This document shows, in pieces, positions 39,704 to 53,759 of a stretch of DNA of 64,000 nt; the first letter of the stretch is position 1, and every line of letters starts with the position of its first letter. The position numbers and the translations under genes are program-made. A model generated the notes under the pieces. The model was not told the DNA's origin, searched no databases, and saw only the letters and a program-made list of their open reading frames with translations. This DNA comes from Octopus vulgaris (taxonomy: Eukaryota): assembly GCA_951406725.2 (NCBI GenBank), contig OX597823.1, positions 16,802,001-16,866,000 of the forward strand, in the 5' to 3' direction.

Positions 39704-40175
39704 CTAAAAATAAACATCTGAGCAAATTACTTTTATTCAACTAGAAAACACCACCCTCTCCATATTAAGCATCCTTGTACAATTAATTTACACCATTCAA
39801 ATGTATTCTCGTTTGAAGACACTGAACAGACACAACTCTTAATTTTCTTCTGGTTTTTTCCCATTCCACTTTTTCTTTTTTACTTCCTCTCATCATCTTT
39901 CATGTTTTATCAAATACCAGCCTCCTTTCTCATCACTTCTAAAAAGTGCAGCCATATTGTATGTTTGAGTCATGGCACAGTATACACGCTTGTCTGACAA
40001 TCATGTTTTCACAGCATGAAACTAATAGTTACTTGAATTTAAAATCTGTGTATATTAAATGGTATATATAAGCTTATGTACATATACATACATGCATACA
40101 TATACATCTATGTGTATGTATATGTATAGATAGATATATACATTATACATGTATGTGTATATATATATGTGTGTG

Positions 40176-40209
<34 letters not shown>

Positions 40210-41044
40210 CAGTTACTTGAATTTAAAAGCTGTGTATATTAAATGGTATATATACCATTATTATATATATATATGTATCGAAGACTGTTTGATTTCATTA
40301 TTTTTCTTCTTTTTGCCTATATGAGTTACAAATAAATGTTATCTGTGGAGACATATTTTGTAGAAAAAAGAAATAGCAATCTTTTGACTGCTATTTCTAA
40401 AATTTTCGGTATGTGGTCAAGCAACTTGTTGCTAAACCCTTAATTATTGTTATAATTATATATAAAAAAAACTTTTTGTATAAGTTTTAACCGAATATGG
40501 TTCTTTTCCATATCGAAAACTACTTGGCAAAATTTGTTAATTTTATTAAATTAATTTTTTACCCTATATCTGTAATGATACATACATACATACGTACATA
40601 CGTACATACATACGTACGTAGCACATAAAAAGTAACCACTACACTCTTGGAGGGGTTGGCATTAGGAAGGGCATCCAGCTGTAGAAACCTTGCCAGATCA
40701 GATTAGAGTCTAGTGCAGCCTTCTGGCTTGCCAGTCCCCAGTCAAACCGTCCAACCCATACCAGCATGGAAAGTGGACGTTAAATGATGATGACAATGAT
40801 GATGATGACAATGATGATGATGAATGAAATTGAGATCCTAATAAGCACATGGTTTCCTCTCTCCCAAACAGAAAACATAAACACTTCATGTCTAAATGAA
40901 AACAGTGCAAAATACTCAATGAACTGTTAAGCAGATTTACAGCAAACTAAAACACACCCAGATTTCCTTCAACCTAATTCAGGGTCATTTTGAAAAACTT
41001 CTACTTACTAGAACTTTGGTCTGTGCTACGTTGACTCTAAGGCC

Positions 41045-42014
41045 TTTTGATTCCGGTGGTTATTCTGCTATGAGGGCCAGGTCATCAGCATAGAGAAGCT
41101 CCCAGGGGCAACCTGTCTTGAATTCCTCTGTTATTGCCTGGAGGACTATAATGAATAAAAGGGGACTGAGGGCTGAACGTTGGTGAACCCCTACTTCTAC
41201 CTGGAATTCTTCACAATACTTATAGCCAATCCTAACCTTGCTAACGGCCTCTCTGTATAGGGCCTGTACAGCCCTTATCAACCATTCGTCAATCTCCAGT
41301 TTCCGCATTGCCCACCAGATAAGGGATCGGGGGACTCTGTCAACGGCTTTCTCCAAGTCCATGAAAGCTATGTAGAGGAGTTTATCTTTAGCTAGGTATT
41401 TCTCCTGCAGTTGTCGAACCAGGAATATGGCATCAGTGGTACTTCTACCTGGCACAAAACCGAACAGCATCTCATCTAAGCAAACTCTCTCCCTAATGAG
41501 ATGGGCTATGACCCTCTCTGTGACCTTCATCACCTGATCCAACAATTTAATACCCCTGTAGTTATTTCTATCTAGAGCATCACCTTTACCCTTGTAGACT
41601 TGATCTGTGGCACTCAGCAAGCTGTCCTGTAGGAATTTCCAGCTACTTCTATGTCTGACGTCTGTAGCTCCTCCTCCTTCTCATTAAATTTCTTGATGAG
41701 GATGTCCCCAAATCTCTGACCATGTGAAGGGCTCTTTAGCTTCCAAATCCTTCTTTTCTGGATTGGTCTGCTTCTTGGTATCCTTCTGGCATTGAGCCTA
41801 AAGTCACTAATGACTAGCCTATGCTGGGGGGTACATTCTTCAACCGGGAGGGTCTTTGTATTTAAGAGCAACCCTGTGTCCCGCTGTCTGGTGAGTATGA
41901 AATCAATCTGGCTGGCAGAGTTCCCTGATTGATAGATTATAAGGTGGCTGTCTGGCTTCCTGAAGTTAGTGTTGCAGATTAAAAGGTTACATGCATCACA
42001 GAATCCCAGTAGCC
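41045..42014 (-). mobile_element. RTE LINE fragment, same family, internally deleted
   Basis: EN and RT motifs including LLYADDLAL; near-identical to parts of 28.9-30.5 kb. Confidence 0.92.
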
Positions 42015-42460
42015 ATATGTTTATATGCATATATGGATACAGGACAACACCAACGGTGTACACATGGAATATGTAGACAAACTTGTTAAATACGCAAACA
42101 TATAAAAACAAAAATGGAATCAGGACAAGTAAACACAGAAACGACCCTTCATCAGTTGTCGGCTGTCTATCTACTCCTCATTTCGAGCATTCAACGAAAA
42201 ACAGTTGCTCCCATAAATTCTAAAATAAAATTAAGGACTTATGGAAACAAAAACAAGACAGTGGAAACATACAAGGAAACTGAAGAAAAACAAACAAGGA
42301 GGATAGTTAGATCAGAATGAGAGGAAAATAGTGAATGGTGAGAGAAATATTTCCTTTGAAAAGAGAAAAGATAGAAGATACATACATACATATATATATA
42401 TATTGATCAATAAAGTTTCTCATATCTTCCATCTCTCTCATTAATCATATATATATATAT

Positions 42461-42533
42461 ATAACCCATGCTAGCATGGAAAGCGGATGCTAAACGATGA
42501 TGATATATTTATATATATACATACATATATACA

Positions 42534-42579
<46 letters not shown>

Positions 42580-42724
42580 ACCCATGCTAGCATGGAAAGT
42601 GGATGTTAAACGATGATGATATATATATATATATATATACATACATATACACACACACATATATATATATATAACCCATGCTAGCATGGAAAGCGGATGT
42701 TAAACGATGATGATATATATATAT

Positions 42725-42771
<47 letters not shown>

Positions 42772-42836
42772 ACCCATGCTAGCATGGAAAGTGGACGCTA
42801 AACGATGATGATATATATATATATATATACATACAT
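42461..42836 (+). repeat. Tandem array of four ~100-bp units (RTE tail plus TA/CA microsatellite); fifth unit at ~43941
   Basis: aacccatgctagcatggaaag.gga recurs at ~42463, 42579, 42673, 42770 and 43941. Confidence 0.85.
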
Positions 42837-42837
42837 A

Positions 42838-43910
42838 TAATAATAATAATGAAATTATTGTATACAGTGCTCAGGTGCACCACAACTTGTCAGAAAGTGC
42901 ATATAAAGTACATGCAGTAATGTAGAAATGTCTGGAAAGTGAACATGCTTGTGTGTGTATCAAGTGTAGTGTTGGCAAATCTCAGGAAGCATGGAAGTTT
43001 TGAAGGATGCAGTGCTCCAACAACTAACAACCGATGCCAGCAGTTTGTTCCACGCTTCAGCAACTCTCAGCGTGAAAAAAATGTTTCCTGAAGTCATGGG
43101 AGCTGTGCTGTTTTCTTACTTTGTAAATATGTCCACGGGTGTTAGATGGGTGGAGTTTGAAAAGGTGCTCAGAGTTATTGTTTGTGCGATGGTTGATAAT
43201 TTTATGGGTGTCTGCCAAGTCAGCTGCCAGACGTCGGAGTTTCAATGTGTCCATGCCCAGGGAAGTAAGGCGTTCAGGATATGGCAAATGCCTGATGGAG
43301 GGTATTCTTTTGGTTGCACGTCGCTGAACAGCTTCCAGACGATTGATGTCCTGGGCAAGATAGGGGTTCCAGACCGGTGATGCAAATTCCAGGTGAGGTC
43401 TTACCATAGCTATATAAAGCCGCAGATAGATAGCCGGAGAGCGGCTCACAAAGGATTTGGTGAGTGATGCCAAGACACCCTCAGCCTTCTTGACAATTTT
43501 AGCGATGTGTTTTGTCCAACGCAAATCACTGTCGACAATAACACCCAGGTCACGTTCACTTGAAGACTTTTTGAGACTAGTGTTGTGGAGGGAGTAGGTG
43601 GACGCTGGGTTTCTCCTCCCAAAATGCATGGTGGTACATTTGTCCACAGCCAGCTTGAGTTGCCAGTCCATGATCCACTGCTGCATTGTGTCCAGGTCTG
43701 CTTGCAATAGAGATCCATAGTGTACAGGATTTGACCTCTTTATTTCGAGGTACAGCTTGATGTCATCTGCATATTTCAGCACTGTGGCATTCTTTAAGTT
43801 GGCATCTATGTCATTAACATATGCAACAAATAAAAGGGGGCCAAGAACAGATCCCTGCAGCACACCAGATGTCATCTCATAGGGCGAAGAGTGCTGTCCT
43901 AGAACTGTGA
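42838..43910 (-). mobile_element. Young 5'-truncated CR1-clade LINE with (ATT)n tail
   Basis: [51 protein letters not shown]; long open frame. Confidence 0.93.
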
Positions 43911-44358
43911 CAACACACACACACACACATATATATATATAACCCATGCTAGCATGGAAAGCGGATGTTAAACGATGATGATGATGATGATGATGATATA
44001 TATCTATATATATATGTATGTACATATATGAACAGAGAAACACAAATGTACGTTTGCATACACACACATATGTGTGCAAGTTCATACACAGTGACATACA
44101 GAGAATAACTCCATTTAATGTGAGAAACCTCTGACTGGTTCACTTGCTAGAAATGCCAAATCTCTTTTAAATCAATTCCTACTGTCTTAGAGAAGAAGGA
44201 CACACTGAATAAAGCCTTTGGGTGCATGCATCTGAGAAACTAACATGATGGTCATGACTGGAATGTCTTTCTTTCTTTAGCCAATCAAGCAAGCCCAACC
44301 AGGACTTCAACAATGACAAAAAATTTAACAGAGAAGATAAAAAATACAGAATTCTTAC

Positions 44359-44591
44359 TTGGAATATGTCAATGGCTTCACGAGGGTAACTGAAGTATAC
44401 ATGAACCTCACTCGTTCTTATATTTCCAATATTGGTAAAATCAACAAATATGGGGAGATAAGCTAACTTTTGAAATGTTAGATGATGTAAAGTATCTCTT
44501 TCACTCACACTCACTCCAAGAAATGCTTTTATTTCTATTGTATTTCTTATTAGTCTGGGTTGTGAGGTTAATTCTACTCTCCACACAGAAT
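44359..44591 (-). CDS. Gene A exon 6 (DSVWRVELTSQ...REAIDIFQ), module 3
   Basis: ttcttgtttag| acceptor, CAA|GTAAGA donor, 233 nt, phase 1 to 0. Confidence 0.88.
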
Positions 44592-45307
44592 CTAAACAAG
44601 AAAGAAGAAAATAATTTTTAAAAAAAACAATCAAAAAGATGGTAGTGTAGTTGTGATACATTAACAAATGAAACGTGCTGAAAGAAAAGAAGAATAATTG
44701 GAATTACTTGACATTTTAAGATCCAAGCTATTCCTCAAAGGATGGTGGCTGAAATATTTGTTAGAATATTTTTGTTGAAATACAATGTTCTTGGTTTCAG
44801 TTAATTTTGAGAATGATGAAGCATTTATTAAATAACTTTGGAATTTTAATGAAAGATTTTTCATTTAAAACAAAGAATTGATATTAGGGAAGTAGGGTCT
44901 TTGGCAGGTTGGCACCAAAATGGTTCAGAAGTAAATGAATGGTAGCTATTAATATTTGTAATCATATTAAATTCAATGATTTAAATAATTAGTAGGAGGA
45001 AGAATTATCATTAACAATATTTGTTACGAACATTAAACACTTTTGATATATATGTAACAAATAATTTATTGTATGTTTGTATGCAAATCAAGCAAAATGT
45101 GAATTTGTAAAAGGTGAGAGCTGCAATATCTCATATAAATAAAATCATAATTGCCTTTTAATAGTGAGAATAATTTCTTATTGAGAAAGTGGAAGAGTAA
45201 AACTGATATTTAATGAAACAATATTCATCCAGGATCTAAAAATACAAGGTGTCCCAATGGTCTCCGTGGAGGGCTTAATTCTAAGGCTTTTATAAGACTG
45301 CTAAAAC

Positions 45308-47340
45308 ATCATCATCATCATGAATATCTAACATCCACTGTCTATGCTGGCATGGGTTGGACAGTTTGACCAGGGTTGGTAAGCTGGAAGGCTGCACCAG
45401 ACTCCAGTCTGATTTGGCATGGTTTTCTGCAGCTGGATGCCTTTCCTAACACCAACCACTCCAAGAGTGTAAATGGATGTTTTTATGTGCCACCGGCATA
45501 GGTGCTATTTGCATGACACCAGTATGTGCCATGACTGTGATTTTACTTCGCTTGATGGTTCTTCTTCTCAAGTACAATGTAATGCCAAAGGTCTTGGTCA
45601 CGGTGTCCTTGAGGCTCAACATTTGAAAGGAGCTTTTCACATTTATTGACACCCTAGCAGTTGAGGGAACCTGTGAAAGAGGTAGACCCAAGAAGACCTT
45701 GGATGAAGTAGGGAAGCACGACCTTCGAACATTGGGCCTTACTGAGGCAATGACTAATGACCAAGACCTTTGGAGATATACTGTGCTTGAGAAGACCCGA
45801 CAAGCCAAGTGAGATCATATCCCATGAACTATGCCAGTGGTGTATAACTGACCCACTTATGAGTACCCCACATTCATTGGACAATAAATTTTGCTTGTGA
45901 AGATCTGTTGAGGCAAGTGAAATCAAAATCAAAATCAATATCGCTCACATGGCTGATAACAGTACTGCCTGATTAGCACTCATGCCAGTGGAACATTAAA
46001 AGCACCATCCAAGAGAGATTATTGCCAGGGCCACTGATCAGCTCCTATGCCAGAGGCATGTAAAAAGCACCATTTGAGCGTGACCGTTGCCAGCATCGCC
46101 TAACTGGCATGTGGAAAACAGCATTCAAGTGTGGTCGTTCCCAGTGCTGCCAGACTAACTCCCGTGCAGGTAGCCAGAACTGCCTAAAAGGCCCTCATGC
46201 CGGTGGCACATAAAAGCACCCACTGCGCTCTTGGAGTGGTTGGCATTAGGAAGGGCATCCAGCTGTAGAAACTTTGCCAGATCTGGTTGGAGCCTGGTGC
46301 AGCCTTCTGACTCACCAATCCCCAATAAAACCATCCAACCCATACCAGCATGGAAAGCAGACGTTACACGACGGCAACAATGATGATGGTGATGATGATG
46401 ATCATCATCATCGTTTGACGTCCGCCATTCCAAGTGTGTACTGGGTGCTTTTACGTGCCACTGGCATGAGGGCCAGTCAGAGGGTACTGGCAACGGCCAT
46501 GCTGAAGTGGTGTTTTTTTACGTGCCACCCGCACAAGAACAAGTCCAGCGGCACTGGCAACAACCTCGCTCAAGTGTTTTCCATGTGCCACCAGCACTAG
46601 TGCCAGTAAGGCGATGCTGGTAATGATCATGTTTGAATGCTGCTTTTTACGTGCCACCGCCGCGGAAGCCAGTCAGCTGCTCTGGCAGCAATCACACTCT
46701 ACTAGCACGGATGCCAATCATCAAATTTGATTTCGATTTCAATTTCACTTACCTCAACAGGTCTTTGCAAGCAGAGTTTAGTGTCCAGTGAAGGAAAGGT
46801 ACGCATAAGTAGGCTGGTTACACCACTGGCATAGGCCACAGGTCATAGTTTCACTTGGTTTGCCGGGTCTTCTCACGCACTGCATATTTCCAAAGGTCTC
46901 AGTCACTAGTCATTGCCTCGGTGAGGCCTAATATTCAAAGGTCATGATTCAACACCTGATCCCATATCTTCCGGGTCTACCTCTTCCGCAGGTTCTCTCA
47001 ACCACTACAGTGTGGTACTTTTACACACAGCTATCCTCATCCATTCTCACCACATGCCGATACCAGCGCAGTCGTCTCTCTTGCACACCACATCTGATGC
47101 TCCTTAGGTCCAACTTTTCTCACAACGTACTGACACTCTGTCAAGTATGCACACTGACATTACACATCCACACATCCATCTGAGACTAATGGCTTCATTC
47201 CTTGCGAGCTTAAGCATGTCCTCAGCGGTCACAGACCATGCTTCACTGCCATGTAGCATGGCTGTTTGTACACATGTAGCATGGCTGTTTATACACTTGT
47301 AGCATGGCTGTTCGTACACTTGTAGCATGGCTGTTTGCAC
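45308..47340. mobile_element. Cluster of RTE 3' fragments in alternating orientation (-, +, -)
   Basis: (CAT)n/(GAT)n tails at ~45308 and ~46380-46410 (tail-to-tail); GRPKKT- and MLHGSEAW-type remnants. Confidence 0.85.
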
Positions 47341-47372
47341 ACATATATGATTATATATATATATATATATGT

Positions 47373-47445
<73 letters not shown>

Positions 47446-47976
47446 TGCAGGTTGTGTCTCCTTGATATCATATAGTTGTTGTAAACAAACATCCCCATCA
47501 TACAAGCAGTGTCCCTTGTTTCCAACAAGCCACAATTTATGTCCACACCATCAGGAAATATTACATTCCTTGGAAGCAAGTGAGGGTTAGTGAGAGGAAG
47601 GGCATCCACCTAGAAATAATCTACCTCAACAAATTCCTTACGACCCATACAAGCAGGTACAAAATGAATATTAAAATACTGATGATGATGAGGAGGAGGA
47701 GGAGGAGGATAAAGGTGAGAAATATAATTGGAAATGTGACACAATCTCTATGTAGAGCATCGGAATGTAGTGTTTAGTTTTACATCTTTGGTTTGGAAAA
47801 TGGATTTGGTGCCAGGAAGATTTATCTGTTGAAACAACAGCATGGATCATTTAGAATTCATCCTGCTCCCTCTCTTTATTATCAAGAACACCTGGCAAAA
47901 GCCACACAGGCAAAATTACAGAACTATTTCATTGTTTCTTATAAGATTGTATGAGAAATACTTTTTATCAACTTAC

Positions 47977-48076
47977 CATTTACCAATAAACATTCATGAT
48001 AAGGAGGTTCAGTAGATGGAGACTGAAGATAAATACAGGAATATATTTCAGAAGTATCCATATTCTTCACCGTGAT
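47977..48076 (-). CDS. Gene A exon 5 (ITVKNMDTSEIYSCIY...HECLLVN)
   Basis: ttattttaatttag| acceptor, ATG|GTAAGT donor, 100 nt, phase 0 to 1. Confidence 0.88.
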
Positions 48077-49630
48077 CTAAATTAAAATAAGAAAAAGAAA
48101 AGCAACAAAATTACATCTCCAGGAATTACATGGCTTTAGACAGGTGTCACATTTGTTCTGGACCAAGTAATTAAACAGATGGGGAACACCTCACTTATCC
48201 ATCCACTCAGCAATTTTATCTCTTCTTCAACTGAAGTGTTCTTTCAAATATTGATAACTTTATACAAGACCATCTTTACAGGGGCTCAGCTGCTCACATT
48301 CTTTACACATGATTTAAGAAACTTAAAACAACATAAAGGAATTCTATTGGATCCACAGATGATGGCATCAGGGACAGAACCTGGTCTTGTCATCTTAATA
48401 AATTCAACTTGAAAATATTATTCCATTCTAAATCATAAATTCATGTAGAACTGAATGTTGAATCACAGTTAGTGATGGAGTCTGGTAGATATAACCTGTC
48501 TACATTTGGGTCTCTTACCTATTCTATATCCCCCATTTGTGTCTACATAAGTTGCCTAGACTGCCTCTTGGTATATCATCTCACCTTTGTATCAGTTCTC
48601 TATCACTCATCTCTCTATTATCCACCCACACTCCACCACCAGCCTGTCTAACTAACAATAACAGTGAATCTCTCCTTTTCTCTGTACCCTGCAGTCATTG
48701 TAGGAATGTTACTGGACCTGTCTACCCTCTTGTCTCTCTCATACTCTCCTCTCTCTCTCTCCCCTTACTCTCTTCCATTATGCCTCTACTATAAAGGGTA
48801 GCACTGGAACCATCTGTACTCAATACTGCCTACAACCAGTCTTCCTCTCTTTCAATGCAGTCAACATCCTTTTTCTCTTTTCTTTTGCCACCCCTTCAGT
48901 CCCATCTTTCTGTTTCTGCTATCATACACTTGGCCCCTTCCCCAAACACATCCTAGTTTGCTCCCACCATCACTCTACCTGCTACCCACCCTGTTTTTTG
49001 TCAAGAATGTGACAGTCTCCCTAGTAGGGGACCATGCATGTGTATGCCAGTGTAAATATTCACATTCTGCCCTGGGGTAAGCCAGAGACAATGATGATGA
49101 CGTTTGTTGTCATTTCCCCATCAGAAAATTGTCCTGTAGCACTGCACATTCAAAGACAGGTGGAATAACATCTCCCTTCATTGAAAGCCAGGAAAGGGTT
49201 AGTGACATAAAAAACACTGAGTTGAAAAGCATCTCCTTCATAATATGTATTCATCTAACCCATGCTAGAATAGAAAAAAGTAGTTGTAAAGCAAACAAAT
49301 ATATTCATAGAATATTTGTTTATTTACAATGTTGTGTATTTCAGAACTGAATTAAATCTAAATATTAAAGTATGATATTCTCTTTCATCCTTTTTTTTTA
49401 CTATAATCTTGTTTCACCCAATGTGAGGTTTTAGAATATTTAAATATATAAGCAGGCATACGTACAGTAATAATCATTAATACAGTTGGTTATGTTAATA
49501 AATGTCTAAGGGGCTTATTTGGAAAAGCTGAGATTATTTATACAAATCTAGACAGGCAAGAAATATATTGAGGTTCAGTCAAGCAGGTATACTCCTTCTA
49601 AATGAAAAAGTAATAAAGGGTTTTACTTAC

Positions 49631-49836
49631 ATCTGTGCCCAGCTGAAATTTTCCTCTTGTCAATAACTTAATTTCTGACTGTGTATTCATTTCCGTAGGA
49701 AGGAGGAATGATTTATTTGATGTTTTAGAATTTGGTCTAAATACTACATCCATTTTAACGTAAGGTTCCAGCTCTAAATTAAACTCATATTCACCATATG
49801 CATGATCACGTTTAACTACAAAGCTCCAGTGTGTCC
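49631..49836 (-). CDS. Gene A exon 4 (GTHWSFVVKR...KFQLGTD), module 2
   Basis: tcttactttctag| acceptor, GAT|GTAAGT donor, 206 nt, phase 1 to 0. Confidence 0.88.
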
Positions 49837-50092
49837 CTAGAAAGTAAGAGACAAAAAACGTCATCATCAGGCACAACAAAATTTTAAAATTAATAAACAT
49901 AAAATGATCATTGTCTTGTAAGGAGGTTGGATTTCAAATAAAATCATTAGAATATGATTGGAAAACATTTAGTTTTCCTGCTCTTCAACCATAGATTTAT
50001 TACGTTTCTTTTCTTTTGTAATTTATTGATATTATTTATTTCTATATCAAACAACAGAAGGAGAGGCTTTAAAAACTTTAAATAGTCACACA

Positions 50093-50615
50093 TATGAGAA
50101 GGTACCCAAAAGTAACTGGAAGCATTCTCTATGGGAAAAGCCCATTGTAGTCGAGGATTCTGAATTGACAAACTTTTTGATATGACTGGTGTGTCCTGGA
50201 GCTGCTGCCAACAAATTTTGAACAAGAAATTTCAAATGAAAAGAGTCACAGCAAAATTTGTGCTTCACTTGTTCACAGAAGATCAGAAAGCAGTCTTGAC
50301 TGAATGTGTGACTCCTCTTACCCTGCCTCCCTATTCACCTGATCTTGCTCTTTGCAACTGTTTTTTTTTTTTTGTTCCTCTGAATAAAAAATGTCCTTCA
50401 AGGAAAACATTTTGCAGATGTGGTTGAGAGGAAGTAAAAAACAAAACAAGCGTCAAAAGGCATCACTTTGCAAGAGTTCCAGGACTGCTTTGAACAGTGG
50501 TCTGAATCGATGCATTGCTTCAAATGGAGAATACTTTGAAGGCGATAGAAGTGTAAACATGTAAGACTAAGTGAATAAAATAATATAGCAAAATTCTGGT
50601 TTCTTTTGGGTGTTC
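50093..50615 (+). mobile_element. Deleted copy of the second mariner family
   Basis: MKRVTAKFVLHLFTEDQK and PPYSPDLALCN; termini match 24944-25787. Confidence 0.85.
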
Positions 50616-50854
50616 TAGATCAGTGATTTTCAAGTCAGTTTAACTCTGAACCCTTTTCTGTCCCTAATGCTATTTTAAAATTACCCCAACCTTGTTATGA
50701 TTCAATGCATCTCTTTTTCTAATGTATATATATTAAAAATATGCAGCCATGTTCTGTGGCTAAGATGCTCAATTTGCAACCAGATCGTTTAGTGTTTACT
50801 TCCAATATGTGACACATTGGAAAAGTGCCTTCTACTATAAGTATAATCTATAAA

Positions 50855-50901
<47 letters not shown>

Positions 50902-52099
50902 AATGAAAGACAGAAGATGGAATATACAACAATTTTTTATTAGTCACGACAATTGTTTCGGTACATCTAGCATTAATTCCTCTTGGGTGGGACACTCAAC
51001 AACTGATTCTGGAGCATCTGGTGGTGCAGTTGTATCTCGTTGGGTGATGAATAAATAAAGACAACTCGTTAAAATAACTGTTCCACAACGTAACTTTCTG
51101 TTTTGTAGAGAGAAAAAAACAGCCAGACGGAGGAAAAAAAATCTTCATATTTATATAGAAGATCAAAAATAAAATTGCAGAAGACAGAGAAACAAACATG
51201 TAATTCAGTGAGAGAAGTATTGAAAATAGCCATTAATAGATATGGATGTATAAACGTCCTCGGGCAAGCTGCATGGCATGAATACACAAGTGCATACAAG
51301 CATCAGCAAAAATGTGAGCATACACACATGCTAGGTTTGGTGCAGTCCTGATCACAAAGTGAGTCAGTTATTTACTAGGTGTTTAGAAGAACGAGGAGGT
51401 TAAAAGTAAACTTAAGTCATCCGTGCCTTAAAGTAAATTAAATTACATTGTGTTAACGGTTATTCAAAATTCCTTCTCACTGCATTATGCAAAAGTACAT
51501 TTATATGCATCTCAATAGTCGTTCAGAAATTCTATTAAGTATCTTCTCGTTAGTCCACAGAATAAACAGGGATTCCTCGAAGCAGAGACAGCATCTCCTA
51601 GAAATTACATTCTATGGTTTTGTATGTCTAACTATGGACCAATTAATGTTGTACTTCGTTTTACCCTCCTTCAGTCGCCATATAAAATCTGCCAAAGATG
51701 TCAAATGTCTCTTATTGATTGATTTAAAGCTGGCAATATGGTTATGATGATGATTCTTAAATGAATCAGTGCCGTCTGCCCAATGTAATCATAGAGCCCT
51801 CCCCTTGTGTGCATGGTACATTTATATACAAGATTTGTACTCATACAGAGATTCATTAAAGGACATTTTGATTTATCTCTCCATGAGCATTTATCGTATT
51901 TATTTGTATACAAGGCAGTCCCAACTCCATTTACCAGCGCTATTATCGTGCTAGCTGTACCATGAGTATTTCTCCTACTACAAACTGGTCAAAGTTGATG
52001 ACTATCAATGTGGTTTACATCTCCTTGGTTGGTATTTAGATGCAAATGTTTGCTAGACCCAGTATGACAATATCGAACAGCTCTTCAGATGCTGTCAAA

Positions 52100-52460
52100 C
52101 ACTGCTAGGCACAATGCACTTCCAATTTTGTCTAGATTGTGTCATTCTTTTCCATCTCAACCGAAACTGTTTGACTGAATCATCTTCCCATTGGCACGGA
52201 GGCCCTCCAAATGGCCTTTTCTACACTCTGGGATATCACTTGGCAACTGCATGGTTCCACCTGTTGTTTGTGAACCTTGTGACATATCCAGCACAGTGGA
52301 ACTTGTGCTTTCGATACCCTGCCATCACATTGTTCACTGAGCGCCATCCTAAAACTATTTTGAATTCTCTCAGTCATGTTCCTAGCATGGATCTTTCCAT
52401 GGACCTTTGCACCATAGCCAATCAATATTTTATCTTCTTCATAGTAGCCCATGTCTCATT
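52100..52460 (-). mobile_element. Old RTE-like LINE C-terminal remnant (different family)
   Basis: Frameshifted similarity to the RWAGHV...GRP..RW region. Confidence 0.5.
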
Positions 52461-53205
52461 TGTGTGCCCTACATGGAGGGGGTGTTCTATTATTACAATT
52501 ATCACCATAACAATAATCAATGATTCATATGGAAACTTGCTTGCTCTCTCGACTGTTAGTGGCTGACATATTTTGATAGTCTGGTGACTATGATCCTTGT
52601 AAACGCCTTATAGGGGTGAGACAAGAGGCATATGCAGTGATAGTTTTTAAAATTTTCTTTATCACCCTTCTTGTGACGTAGAATGGTATTTGAAGATATT
52701 TTACCCTCCTTCAGAAAGTGGTTGAAATGTAGAATGAGGATTTTCCATAGTTCTTCACATTCACATCTTAAAAACTCTGTTGTGATGCCATTTTCCCAAG
52801 CGCTATTTCTGTTTTCACCAGTTTGAGGGTTTTTCCAATGCCACTTATTGGAAGAGGTGGCACTTCTTCCTGCATTTGTTGCAGTGTGGAATGAAGCTTC
52901 AGCAATGATTTAAGAACATTAGTGTAGAAGGTGTTATGTCCTCTCTCCTTCCTCGGTCACCTTGAGCTCATCCTTATGCAACATACTTAATGTATGTGTG
53001 TTGTTCAACTGCCAGACCCTTTGGTTATTCATTATAGGAAAATCTCTTCTTGATGGACGTATTGTGATGAAAACACAATATACTTCAGATCTAAGTAAAA
53101 AAAAATCACCCCAGAATTCACTGTGAGGAAAACTAATACATATTTCCCTGATGTGGTGCATTGTCAGTGTCACATCCTCATTTCATTCCTAAAGCAAAAT
53201 CAAAC

Positions 53206-53272
53206 CGGCCAGTGTGGAGCATATTGAGATAGTATATAAACTGTACACTGGTTTGCAATGGTGATGTGTAAG
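53206..53272 (-). CDS. Gene A exon 3 (LTHHHCKPVYSLYTISICSTLA)
   Basis: Strong acceptor tttctcttattttcag|, weaker donor CCG|GTTTGA. 67 nt, phase 0 to 1, bridges exons 2 and 4 in frame. Confidence 0.65.
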
Positions 53273-53759
53273 CTGAAAATAAGAGAAACAAGAACACACA
53301 GACATTAAGTTATCTTGATAAATAGATATTGAGATATTAAATTAGAAGGACACTCAAAAGGGTAATATTTACACATTAACCTGTGCTTTAGTAAATTCTT
53401 CTAAATAGGGGAAAAGACTTATGAATGGATTTTAATCAGTGTGATTCATATAATTAACAAAATAAAATCTCTCTCAGCTGGTTCGTCAGGCTGGAGTGGG
53501 CTATAGAAACTATGCTGATGAGGTCAAATAGACTGAAATATGACTGTAGTTATCTCATCCTTCAACATGGATCGTGTATTTCCTAATCTCATTAAATTTG
53601 GCTGATAATTTTTTTCAGTTTTGGGAAACAATCTCCCTGTTTCCTTTGAATTTTGCTTACACTGACCACAGAATTTTGCTTCCTTTCTAAAGATAAAAGA
53701 CTAAATTTCAGTTGTGGCAAGAGTCACAGCACCCCCTGCAAGAATAGACTGACCAAACG

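Noticed and set aside
53381-53687. Two 20-nt AG..GT micro-exon candidates
   Set aside because: Not needed for frame and no phase-compatible upstream exon; likely chance in AT-rich DNA
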